Below are positions 8,470 through 16,445 of a stretch of DNA of 53,907 nt, piece by piece. Position 1 is the stretch's first letter, and each line of letters begins with the position of its first letter. The notes beneath the pieces were generated by a model. The model saw nothing but the letters and a program-made list of their open reading frames with translations, searched no databases and had not been told where the DNA came from. Position numbers and translations under genes: made by a program. This DNA comes from a virus (taxonomy: Duplodnaviria > Caudoviricetes): the IMG/VR virus record IMGVR_UViG_3300046713_000242, positions 1 to 53,907 of that record, one strand, 5' to 3'.

Positions 8470-8798
8470 AGTTCCTCTTTCTCATGCGGATCGAAGCGCC
8501 GCACGCCGTTCACTTTGAAGTGCTCGAGCGCCTCGTGCGCTACGAACCTCACCACCAAGCTGCGCACCCACCAGACGCGCGCGTCCTCATCGCGCAATGA
8601 CCAGTCGAGCCAATCGACGGTCTCGCGCATCGCGACCTGTGTGGGCTTGCCGGTGTCGCGGTCGAGCACTTCCATGTGGGCCGAGATCACGACGCGATCC
8701 GTGCACGCTTGAAAGTCGGTGTCGCGCGGTGTCACGTGCGGCGTTGCGACCGCGACGCGCACGTTTGAAATGCTCAGGCCTGAAAGGTCGATGTCCAC
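8466..8798 (-). CDS. Hypothetical protein
   Basis: Coupled ORF; HEALEHF...FDPH motif seen in phage proteins. Confidence 0.65.
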   Translation of the reverse strand: MDIDLSGLSISNVRVAVATPHVTPRDTDFQACTDRVVISAHMEVLDRDTGKPTQVAMRETVDWLDWSLRDEDARVWWVRSLVVRFVAHEALEHFKVNGVRRFDPHEKEEL

Positions 8799-9028
8799 TA
8801 CACCGCCCCGTAACTGATCGTGTTCTCGGCGGCTTCCTCGACCTCAGACGCGAACCGCGAGAGCGCCACCGCGTCGCACTCCCCATCACGGTAGCGCGCG
8901 TCGAGCAGCTTCTTTGCCGCGTCGCGCAAGTGCCGCTCGAAGCTTACGAGCGCCAGCACCGCGCGCTTGTCGCCGACCATGGCGCGCTTTTCGATCTCGT
9001 GAAGCGCGCTGTCCTGCTCGGCGCTCAC
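8798..9028 (-). CDS. Hypothetical protein
   Basis: GTGA coupling. Confidence 0.55.
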   Translation of the reverse strand: MSAEQDSALHEIEKRAMVGDKRAVLALVSFERHLRDAAKKLLDARYRDGECDAVALSRFASEVEEAAENTISYGAV

Positions 9029-9210
9029 GACTTGCTCAGCCGCAGCTGCTCGAGCATTTCGAGCAGGTCCGCATGCGCGCTCCTGGCGCCGCCTTCCGTG
9101 GCGAACGGGCCCACTTCGCGCTCGGGCTGGCCCTCGACCATGACAACGAGCCACCAGCCATCGCTGCCCGCGACAACTTCCGTTTTGAGCTTTAGGATAA
9201 GCCCCATCAC
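9025..9210 (-). CDS. Hypothetical protein
   Basis: Coupled ORF, VGPFAT motif. Confidence 0.6.
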   Translation of the reverse strand: MMGLILKLKTEVVAGSDGWWLVVMVEGQPEREVGPFATEGGARSAHADLLEMLEQLRLSKS

Positions 9211-9533
9211 GCTGGGCCCCCGAGCTCTGCGATGAGCTTGAACAGCTCGCGGATGTCGTCGCGCGCCTTCACGAGCACGTCAGCGATCTCGGGTGCCGTC
9301 TGCGAGTACTCGCTTGCGTGCACGTGATCGGTGCAAAGCCAGGTTTCGTCGTCGTCTGACACTACATCGTGCCGCCGGCCATCCTCGCCGAAGCTGGCGA
9401 TCGGCCAGTCGTTGCACGCGTCTTTGATGCCGTGTGCGATGCGCATGGGCGGAACGAGCCGCCAGCGCTCGTGGATCTCGCGCATGCGCTCGACCATGGC
9501 GGCGCTGGCTTGCTCATCGGCGGGCTGGCTCAT
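9207..9533 (-). CDS. Hypothetical protein
   Basis: TGATG coupling. Confidence 0.6.
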   Translation of the reverse strand: MSQPADEQASAAMVERMREIHERWRLVPPMRIAHGIKDACNDWPIASFGEDGRRHDVVSDDDETWLCTDHVHASEYSQTAPEIADVLVKARDDIRELFKLIAELGGPA

Positions 9534-9739
9534 CACTCGTACTCCTTGAGTAGCTGTTCGTAGACCGCGGCCGCGGCACCGTGCGCGTCGGCCAGCTTGC
9601 CGCAGTGCTCGCGCAGCGGCCCGTCGCCTCCGGGATAGGCCGCGCGCGTCTGCTTTTCCTGTGCGCGCAGCGTACGCGCGAGCTCGATCGCGCTTCCGAT
9701 CACGATCCGGCTGCCTAGGTCGTTCCTGTCCACGTTCAC
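9533..9739 (-). CDS. Hypothetical protein
   Basis: Coupled ORF. Confidence 0.55.
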   Translation of the reverse strand: MNVDRNDLGSRIVIGSAIELARTLRAQEKQTRAAYPGGDGPLREHCGKLADAHGAAAAVYEQLLKEYE

Positions 9740-10044
9740 CCCCCCGTTCCTGGCTTGTCGAAGCGGCCGTACTTGGCCACGGCAGCGCCAAGCGGAGACG
9801 CCCCGAGCAGCATGGCGTCGGCCTTCATGACGTAGGAGGCGAACCCGAGCGCGCGAAGCTCGTTGGCCGCCTCGGCATCGCCCTTGGACGGGAAACAGGG
9901 GCCTTCATGGAGCAGGCGCCACAGTTCCTCGCGCATGACCTCTGGCAGGTAGCGGAAGGCCTTCTGCGCCGCCTCGATGTAGTGGCCGGTCCCGTAATCG
10001 TGCCGTTCCATCTCGGTGAGCGCTCGCTTGAGTACGTCCATCAT
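9736..10044 (-). CDS. Hypothetical protein
   Basis: Coupled ORF. Confidence 0.6.
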   Translation of the reverse strand: MMDVLKRALTEMERHDYGTGHYIEAAQKAFRYLPEVMREELWRLLHEGPCFPSKGDAEAANELRALGFASYVMKADAMLLGASPLGAAVAKYGRFDKPGTGG

Positions 10045-10250
10045 CGTCGGACACCGGGATCATTGCGGCGAACGAAGAACGCGCACCCGCCTACCATCGT
10101 CGCGATACGCTCTTCTAGGTGGGCAAGCGTGTAATCCGCCAAGTCTTTCGTGGGCACCACGGCCGTGATTCTGAGCGTCGCCGGCTTTCCCGCCGCATTG
10201 ACGCCGCGAAAAAACAGCTGGTGCTCGGGGTGAGCGGGATCGAGTTGCAT
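10041..10250 (-). CDS. Hypothetical protein (leaderless, first gene of the leftward operon)
   Basis: CACCTT-N7-ATG. Confidence 0.6.
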   Translation of the reverse strand: MQLDPAHPEHQLFFRGVNAAGKPATLRITAVVPTKDLADYTLAHLEERIATMVGGCAFFVRRNDPGVRR

Positions 10251-10257
10251 GGCGGCG

Positions 10258-10320
10258 AAGGTGACACCCGCCCCGATTTTGCGCAATACGTTTGCGCAAA
10301 TATCAGGCGGCGCTTAGGCT
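10258..10320. promoter_or_regulatory. Back-to-back divergent leaderless promoters
   Basis: Minus: TTGCGC-N17-CACCTT-N7-ATG(10250); plus: TTGCGC-N17-TAGGCT-N7-ATG(10328). Confidence 0.75.
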
Positions 10321-10327
10321 CCCGCGC

Positions 10328-11377
10328 ATGCCATCAGAACTGTTTCTCACATCGATTCGCGGGATGCACGACACCTCGCGCCGCGCGGACCTCGGCCTGA
10401 CCCCCGCCGGGCTCGAGCAGCTTTGCGCGTGGATCCTGAACGAGTGCGCAGAAGATGCCGCGCGCGCGCCCGAGCCCGCACCGGCTGTGGCCGCGCCCAA
10501 GGCCATCGAAAAGCCCGCCGACCACAAGCAGCTTGAAGAGGCCTACGACCGCGTCACGCACGAGCTCGGGCACACGCGCGACCTACTGATCGCCATGCGC
10601 AAAGCCTGCGTGCCGCTGGACGGCGAGGAAACGCCAGCCTTTGCCATTCGCGTGATGGGGCTCGCTTCGAGCGACATCGGCGAACTCTCCGACGCGCCCG
10701 AACGCGAGACACAGAAACTGCGCGACCTGCTCGGCTCGTGCGAGCGCTCGCGCAACGACTGGAAAGCGCGCTTCGAATCGATCGACCGCCAGGGGGAGGC
10801 CGTGACGCGCGAGCGCGACCGGCTACGCGAGCAGCTCGACGCGCTCAAGGATCTGCGCGGCGTGAGCGCGACCGAAGTGGCGCTGAAAGAGCGCGTCGCC
10901 GAGCTTGAGGGCGAGCTCACGCGCGAGCGCTTGCGCAGCCCCGAGATCATCACGCCGAAGCCGTGCACGCACGAAGGCATCGGCCTGCCTGGTTGCAAGA
11001 TCTGCGACCCGCGCACCGAGAGCCAAGGCGGCCCCCAGCCCGACCTGCCCAGCCGCCATGATGTGCGGATGATCGCGGAAGCATGGATCGGCCCATACAT
11101 CAGACCGGCGTCCGAAGAAAGCGAGCAGCGGCACCTTCTGCCTATGCACACGATCATCGACTTCGGGCTCTCGCTGCTGAAGACGTACGACCCGCGCAAT
11201 CGCCAGATCAAGCCCGGCGACGTGCTGCAGATCGAGCGTGAATCAGGCCTCCCTGCGTTCTTGCTGGTAGAAAATACCGACGACTACGTGCGCGGGCAGC
11301 TCTACACGGCAGAGCCAGGTCGCCACAGGGTGCTGCTCACGAACATCCTGGTGCGTGTCGGCAAGGCCGCTCCATGA
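10328..11377 (+). CDS. Coiled-coil protein with a Cys/His cluster
   Basis: E/R/L heptads; CTHEGIGLPGCKIC. Confidence 0.7.
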   Translation: MPSELFLTSIRGMHDTSRRADLGLTPAGLEQLCAWILNECAEDAARAPEPAPAVAAPKAIEKPADHKQLEEAYDRVTHELGHTRDLLIAMRKACVPLDGEETPAFAIRVMGLASSDIGELSDAPERETQKLRDLLGSCERSRNDWKARFESIDRQGEAVTRERDRLREQLDALKDLRGVSATEVALKERVAELEGELTRERLRSPEIITPKPCTHEGIGLPGCKICDPRTESQGGPQPDLPSRHDVRMIAEAWIGPYIRPASEESEQRHLLPMHTIIDFGLSLLKTYDPRNRQIKPGDVLQIERESGLPAFLLVENTDDYVRGQLYTAEPGRHRVLLTNILVRVGKAAP

Positions 11378-12498
11378 TCCGCCTGGGCACGAAGGACGAC
11401 GACAGCGCGCTGAACCTGCCCAGCGACGTCACCACGCAAGCCATGGCGGTGATCGGGCGCCGCGGCTCGGGCAAGACGTACACCGCGGGCGTGATCATCG
11501 AGGGACTGTTGCGACAGGGCTCGCACGTGGTGGCTATCGACCCGGTGGGCACCATGCACGGGCTCGCGCACCTGGCCGACGGCACGCCTTCCAATCTCGG
11601 CGTGGTCATCTTCGGCGGCGACCATGCGAACGTCGATATCGAAGAAACGCAGGGCGCCGCGGTCGCCATGGTGGTGGTGCGCGAGAACGTCAACGCGGTG
11701 ATCGACGTGTCGCCATGGAGCAACGCCGCGCGACGCCGTTTCATGACCACCTTCAGCGAGACTTTCAACCAGGAGATCAAGCGCAAGCAGCACCCGATCA
11801 CGCTGGTGATCGATGAAGCGCAGCTCTTCCTGCCGCAGAACCCGCCCAAGGGTGACGAACGCATGGTGGGCGCTCTGACGTATTACGTGCGCCTCGGTCG
11901 GAACTTCCGAGGCGGCTGCATCCTGATCACCCAGCGCCCGCAGAGCGTGACCAAGGAAGCGCTGAATCAGTGCGAGGTGCTGATCCTCGGCCAGCTGACA
12001 GGCCCGCACGAGCGTAAGGCCATCGAGGCATGGGTGGTCGAGAACGTCGCCGACGTGGCCGGCGCGCGGCAATGGCTGCGCGAGCTCGTGAGCCTGCCTG
12101 TGGGGACGGCCATGGTGTGGTCACCGCAGTGGCTCAAGGTCTTCGAGAAGGTGAAGATCTCGAAGAAGACCACCCTGGACACGGGCTCGGGCAGCGTGAA
12201 GGTCAGCACGCCATCGGTAGGGAACATCGTGTTGACCGCCAAGCTGACCGAACGCGATATCGCCGAAGTGGTAGGCGAGATCGTAAACCCGGCATCGGAA
12301 GAGCTCGTTAGGTTGCTCGCGCACGAGATCGGCGAGCCGCTGACCGCGCGCTTCCAAAAAGAGAGGCGGATCGCCTATGTGCTGCACCTGTTCGACACGA
12401 ATGGCGGCGGCGCGATCGGAACCATCGCCAACGTCAGCCGCGAGTCGAAGATCGCCATTGTCGAACGCTGGCTTTCCTTCGTGAAGGCGGGGAACTGA
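11374..12498 (+). CDS. HerA/FtsK-superfamily (DUF87-like) ATPase
   Basis: GRRGSGKT, AIDPVG, LVIDEAQ, GRNFRGG..LITQRPQ. Confidence 0.88.
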   Translation: MIRLGTKDDDSALNLPSDVTTQAMAVIGRRGSGKTYTAGVIIEGLLRQGSHVVAIDPVGTMHGLAHLADGTPSNLGVVIFGGDHANVDIEETQGAAVAMVVVRENVNAVIDVSPWSNAARRRFMTTFSETFNQEIKRKQHPITLVIDEAQLFLPQNPPKGDERMVGALTYYVRLGRNFRGGCILITQRPQSVTKEALNQCEVLILGQLTGPHERKAIEAWVVENVADVAGARQWLRELVSLPVGTAMVWSPQWLKVFEKVKISKKTTLDTGSGSVKVSTPSVGNIVLTAKLTERDIAEVVGEIVNPASEELVRLLAHEIGEPLTARFQKERRIAYVLHLFDTNGGGAIGTIANVSRESKIAIVERWLSFVKAGN

Positions 12499-13121
12499 TG
12501 GGCGACTACTACGAGAGCAAGCGCGAGGCCGCGCTCTGGGTGCCCTTCCACGGCGGCAATGGACAAGTGCACATTTGGACGGGCACTGACCTCGGCATGC
12601 CTCAGACCAGCGTGGTCATGGCCCGGCCCATGCAGAGCCCCGCGCATGCTGACCATCCTGTGGCTGATCCTGATCGTGTATCTGGTGGCGGCGTTGCTCA
12701 GCTGGCTGCCGGCGCCGCAGTTCTCGGGGCGCAACCCCGTGTTCTTGATCTTGGTGGTGGTCCTGCTGATCGTGCTGCTGCGCGAGCCGCTACACATTCG
12801 CTGGTAAAGCCACGTCGTTACGACGACTGCGGCCAGTACTCGACCGAGCGGTGCGGTGGCTGCGATGCCTGCCTGGGCATGCAGTTCCCGGACGCTCCGA
12901 CCGAAGAAGAGCACTGCGCAGCGATCGAGCGTCGGCGAATCGAGGATGAGGCAATCAACAAGGCTTACGACGTGCTCACCCACGTGCAGCCCATCCGCGC
13001 GCGCCAGTGCGTGCGGTGTGGCGCGCAGTGGCAGGTGGGGCGCTATGGGCTCGAGCTCGCGCCGCGTGCGATCGTGGGCGCCGCGGCGTTCACCTGCCCA
13101 GACTGCGCGGGGCGGTCATGA
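12498..13121 (+). CDS. Hypothetical Zn-binding protein (CGGCDAC, CVRC...CPDC)
   Basis: TGATG and ATGA coupling at both ends; the middle is overprinted. Confidence 0.55.
   Translation: MGDYYESKREAALWVPFHGGNGQVHIWTGTDLGMPQTSVVMARPMQSPAHADHPVADPDRVSGGGVAQLAAGAAVLGAQPRVLDLGGGPADRAAARAATHSLVKPRRYDDCGQYSTERCGGCDACLGMQFPDAPTEEEHCAAIERRRIEDEAINKAYDVLTHVQPIRARQCVRCGAQWQVGRYGLELAPRAIVGAAAFTCPDCAGRS
12646..12807 (+). CDS. 53-aa two-TM membrane protein nested in another frame
   Basis: MLTILWLILIVYLVAALLSWLPAPQFSGRNPVFLILVVVLLIVLLREPLHIRW with GC3-rich codons. Confidence 0.65.
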   Translation: MLTILWLILIVYLVAALLSWLPAPQFSGRNPVFLILVVVLLIVLLREPLHIRW

Positions 13122-13480
13122 GGCAAGGCCCGCATATCGCGCCCGCGCGCAGCTTCAGACCCACCGCCCTGGGCAGCGAGTACACGCGCCGGCATGTGCC
13201 CATTGATGAGCTTCTGCGCGTCGCCAAGGCGCTCGACGGCAAGGTTTCGTGGTCCGCGAAGGTCGGCCAGTGGGTCATGCGACTCGAAAGCGTGGACGCC
13301 TTTCACTACTGCTTCGGAAACACCCCTGGGCACGTGCTGCACACGCTTGAGTGCGTCCTGTGGGGAACGACGCGCGCCAAAACGCTCTACGCGCTGACCG
13401 ACACGGCGCCTGGCTCGGCGCCGCAAGCAGGGGAGCACGCGCGCCTCGGCCGCGAAGACCGGCGCGGACGACAGCTTTAG
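13118..13480 (+). CDS. Hypothetical protein
   Basis: ATGA coupling. Confidence 0.55.
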   Translation: MRQGPHIAPARSFRPTALGSEYTRRHVPIDELLRVAKALDGKVSWSAKVGQWVMRLESVDAFHYCFGNTPGHVLHTLECVLWGTTRAKTLYALTDTAPGSAPQAGEHARLGREDRRGRQL

Positions 13481-13630
13481 CCAAGCGAGGCTAGGCTTTT
13501 CGGTTCGCGCCGGTATCAGCCCGGGATCTGGCGAGACCAAACAACCTGGAAGGTAGCCTGCGCTGGCTAAATCCGCGCCTCATTCCTGGTCGCAAAACCG
13601 GAAGCGCTTATGCCCGGCGGACGTTTTATA
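13476..13630. ncRNA. Candidate structured RNA between convergent operons
   Basis: Nested complementary arms TTTAGCCA/TGGCTAAA, GCG/CGC, AGGCTA/TAGCCT, CGCCGG/CTGGCG, plus a second hairpin. Confidence 0.4.
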
Positions 13631-13639
13631 TGCGCGCTA

Positions 13640-13879
13640 TCAAGGGTAGCCGTGCAGCACCCGGTGCACCGTTCCCTCGAAAAACGACGGGCTTACGTTG
13701 TGATAGCGCGCGAGCTCGATGGTCAGCGCCATCGACTGAAACACCAGCCCCGGGTCGATCTTCGTTTCGCGGCCGCGCCAGGTCTGCATGCGCCGGTAAA
13801 GGGCGCGCAGGTCGTCCACGCTGGTGGATGTGCGGGCCGCGAGCGCTCGAGCGGCGTCTTCGATCTCGGCGTTCGTCAT
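13640..13879 (-). CDS. Hypothetical protein
   Basis: ATGA coupling. Confidence 0.6.
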   Translation of the reverse strand: MTNAEIEDAARALAARTSTSVDDLRALYRRMQTWRGRETKIDPGLVFQSMALTIELARYHNVSPSFFEGTVHRVLHGYP

Positions 13880-14154
13880 ACGTCGAGAACGTAGCCGCCT
13901 TCGAATGCGTCGGCCGGGCTGTAGCTCGTGTAGCCGTCTGCATAGGCCACGAAGTAGCCGCCCAGCTTGGGCTCATGTCGCTCGAGCCAACGGGTGGTGA
14001 TGGGGTAGGCCGCCTGCTTCCCATTCACGGTGAAGCAGAGCAGCCAGTTATCGCCAAGGCTCTCTATTGATTCGATTTTCGCCGCGCGCACCCGCTTGTG
14101 ACAGACGTACAGCGGCAGCGCAGTCGGTTCTACGTGCTGGGGCTGATCACTCAT
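13876..14154 (-). CDS. Conserved small phage protein (Y.CHK.V.A.KI...GGYFV.Y.DGY.S.SP...FE.GY), candidate nucleotide sponge
   Basis: Recognisable family; strong AGGAGG SD. Confidence 0.75.
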   Translation of the reverse strand: MSDQPQHVEPTALPLYVCHKRVRAAKIESIESLGDNWLLCFTVNGKQAAYPITTRWLERHEPKLGGYFVAYADGYTSYSPADAFEGGYVLDV

Positions 14155-14193
14155 ATGTCCCTCCTAGGTCGAGACCTTACGCAGCCGGGCCGG

Positions 14194-14234
14194 AAAAAGA
14201 GAGAGCCCCGGTCGATTTCTCGGCCGAGGCCCCC
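14194..14234 (-). terminator. Intrinsic terminator
   Basis: GGGGCCTCGGCCGA-GAAA-TCGACCGGGGCTCT then CTCTTTTT. Confidence 0.75.
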
Positions 14235-14320
14235 ACACAGTGCGCCTAAGGAGGCCCGCCGGGTTGGCTCGCATATGCGCCGACGGGTTGCGGATACAGT
14301 CGCGCTGCCCGCTCAGTTTA
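14194..14320 (-). ncRNA. Candidate ~115-nt sRNA or attenuating leader
   Basis: TAAACT -10 box at 14315-14320, internal stems, CCTCCTTAGG anti-SD, terminator. Confidence 0.5.
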
Positions 14321-14325
14321 CCGCG

Positions 14326-15420
14326 TCAGCCGTCCTGAGCGAGCGGGTCAATCCGACGCAGAGGCGGGTAAGCCGGGCGCGCGGGCTTCTCGGGCGCTTC
14401 CATCCTCGGGACCGTGACGACACGCTCACCGTTCTCGATCTGGGGAAGCACGGGGTCTGGTAGCCGCATGGTGGCGCCGTTACCAAGCGCCTGCGCCGTC
14501 TCGGCAGCTTCGAGCGCGGCGTGCGCGTCGTCTTCTTCCTCTTCGGCGTCCCCAAGCTGCTTGGCGAGCTCGGCCACGGTGGCGGCGTCCGGCTCGAGCA
14601 CGGCCACGCCCTCAGCGTCGATCGCCTGCTGCGCGCGGGGCGCTTCCTCAGGCCAGCAGCCGTGGTCGGCGTAGAAATCGAGGTCTTCGTTCGAGCGCTC
14701 GTCCATGTCGCGCTCGAAGGGCACTTCTGGAATGGCGGTTTCGGTCACGGTCGCGGTGGTGCTCGAGCCGTCTGGGAGCTGCTTGGTGACGCTGACCTGG
14801 CGGGTCCGCGCGTCGTACTGGGCGGGTACGTCGAGGGCCGAGAAACGCTCGTGCAGGTCCGGCACGGGCTCGTTTCGCTCGGCTGCCTTGTGCACGTAGT
14901 CGGCGAGCAGCGTGCGATCGGCGCGATGCGCGCGGGTCCGCGCGTAGTCCCGCTCGACGCTGGCGAGCAGCTGCAGGGCCACCTTGGGGTCTTTCTGGGC
15001 GTGCTCAAGCAGGAGCTCACGCAGCTTGACCACGTATTCGCTGGCGGCGCGGTCCCACTCGATGGCCAGGTGTCGGGTGAGCTTTCGCCAGGGCGCGACC
15101 GAATCGCCGCGGCGGTGCTTAGCGTGCGCAGCGAGAGCGCGGCCATCCACGAGCCAGGCCTGAGCTGCGATCGGGTCGAGGCCTGCGAGCTCGGCGGCGT
15201 CAGCGAGCGGCAGCAGCGCGCGCCTTCCGCGTAGGAGTGCATCCACCGCGGGCTTGGTGATCCGCGTGCATAGGAACTCGCGGCTTCCGTGCTCGTACTT
15301 CGGGAGCTTTCGCTTGGTCTTCTTGTACGGGGCGGGCACCGGCTCGAAGTCGGGCTGTGGTTTGGGCACAGGTAGGCTGGGCCTGCCCCGTCGGGCGGAT
15401 GGCGTCGGTTTGCGGCTCAC
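14326..15420 (-). CDS. terS: Putative terminase small subunit with a long acidic C-terminal extension
   Basis: RRGRP N-terminus, HTH (LADAAELAGLDPIAAQAWL), helical KDPKVALQLL segment typical of TerS. Confidence 0.55.
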   Translation of the reverse strand: MSRKPTPSARRGRPSLPVPKPQPDFEPVPAPYKKTKRKLPKYEHGSREFLCTRITKPAVDALLRGRRALLPLADAAELAGLDPIAAQAWLVDGRALAAHAKHRRGDSVAPWRKLTRHLAIEWDRAASEYVVKLRELLLEHAQKDPKVALQLLASVERDYARTRAHRADRTLLADYVHKAAERNEPVPDLHERFSALDVPAQYDARTRQVSVTKQLPDGSSTTATVTETAIPEVPFERDMDERSNEDLDFYADHGCWPEEAPRAQQAIDAEGVAVLEPDAATVAELAKQLGDAEEEEDDAHAALEAAETAQALGNGATMRLPDPVLPQIENGERVVTVPRMEAPEKPARPAYPPLRRIDPLAQDG

Positions 15421-15775
15421 CCTGTGTCCTTTTCAGGTCGTGCCGGGAGGGTTTTTTCAGGGTGGCTTCGCGCGATTGAAACGCCCCTGAAGGCGGATCA
15501 AAGCGCAAATCCCAAAGGAGATCCACCACGTCAACGCCCAGAGCGCGCGCGATACGAGCGATCTGGGGCAAAAACACCTTTTGCCTACCTTGCTCGAAGC
15601 TGCTGATCCGGCTGAGGTGCAGGCCCGTGCGACGTGCGAGCTCGCCGCGTGAGACCTCAGCCTCAATGCGCAGCATGCGTGCGCGTGCGCCTGCGTAGCG
15701 GTGCGCTTCGGAGGGGGGGACGAAGCGCACCGCCGGCTTGAAGTAGTCCTCTACGATTTCTGGAAGTCGGCGCAC
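15200..15775 (-). CDS. XRE-family HTH regulator
   Basis: RMLRIEAEVSRGELARRTGLHLSRISSFEQG...IARALGVDVVDLL. Confidence 0.85.
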   Translation of the reverse strand: MRRLPEIVEDYFKPAVRFVPPSEAHRYAGARARMLRIEAEVSRGELARRTGLHLSRISSFEQGRQKVFLPQIARIARALGVDVVDLLWDLRFDPPSGAFQSREATLKKPSRHDLKRTQGEPQTDAIRPTGQAQPTCAQTTARLRAGARPVQEDQAKAPEVRARKPRVPMHADHQARGGCTPTRKARAAAAR

Positions 15776-15810
15776 ACACGACCTGGTGGGTTTGGGGGGG
15801 GTCGAGCGCG

Positions 15811-16443
15811 TCAGGCGTCGGTGCGGTTTCCGGTGCGCGCGTTCGCCTCGCGCTGGGCGCGCAGCTCGAGCTCGCGCCTGACGGCTTCGAGCGGGCAGTG
15901 CGGGTCGTCGCAGGTGTGCTCGAGAATGAGGTGGGCGTTGTCTGGGTCAGCACCGGCGACCAGGCGCGCGACGGTCACCTGCCGGTCGTAGGGCAGCCCA
16001 TCCAAGCCGCCGGCAGCCAGGGTGCGGCGCTCTTCGTCGGTCAGGGCAGGCTCACCCCCTTTGACGAGGAGGTCGTTCACCTTTCGGAGATCCGCCAGGG
16101 ACTCGAAACGGCGGCGCGCAAAGCCTCCTATCGACTCCATCAGCGCCACGACCTGAGCTGGCTTGGCGTCTGGAACGGACTCAACGACAAGATCGGTCAC
16201 GGCGTCGCCCAGCGCCCGAGCAAAAACGGCCATACCGGCCACGGTGATGCGCTTGGCTTCCGCGGTGCTGGCCGCGCCTTCGACATCAGCGCGCATTTCG
16301 GCCAGAGCCGTCTCGAGCCTCTTGAGGGTGCCTGCGAAGACGCCCGGGATGTGGTCCGGGTAGTAGCGCGCGATATCGTCGTAGATGCTCTCTTTCATTG
16401 AGCTTTTCATTTGTTCGTACAGGCTGGGCGGGGGCGTGCTCAT
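15811..16443 (-). CDS. Hypothetical protein
   Basis: Helical ORF, HTCDDPHC motif. Confidence 0.65.
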   Translation of the reverse strand: MSTPPPSLYEQMKSSMKESIYDDIARYYPDHIPGVFAGTLKRLETALAEMRADVEGAASTAEAKRITVAGMAVFARALGDAVTDLVVESVPDAKPAQVVALMESIGGFARRRFESLADLRKVNDLLVKGGEPALTDEERRTLAAGGLDGLPYDRQVTVARLVAGADPDNAHLILEHTCDDPHCPLEAVRRELELRAQREANARTGNRTDA

Positions 16444-16445
16444 GA

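Noticed and set aside
13476-14320. tRNA, SRP, 6S or known riboswitch identity for the structured intergenic regions
   Set aside because: No T-loop/CCA, SRP domain IV or recognised aptamer consensus by eye; kept only as unnamed candidates
15421-15465. CTG AAA AAA CCC as a frameshift fusing the XRE protein to TerS
   Set aside because: Both the -1 and +1 frames hit a TGA without producing a fusion to the terS frame
15794-15801. G8 homopolymer upstream of the XRE gene as a phase-variable promoter spacer
   Set aside because: No convincing -35/-10 pair around it, and short G runs are common at this GC content
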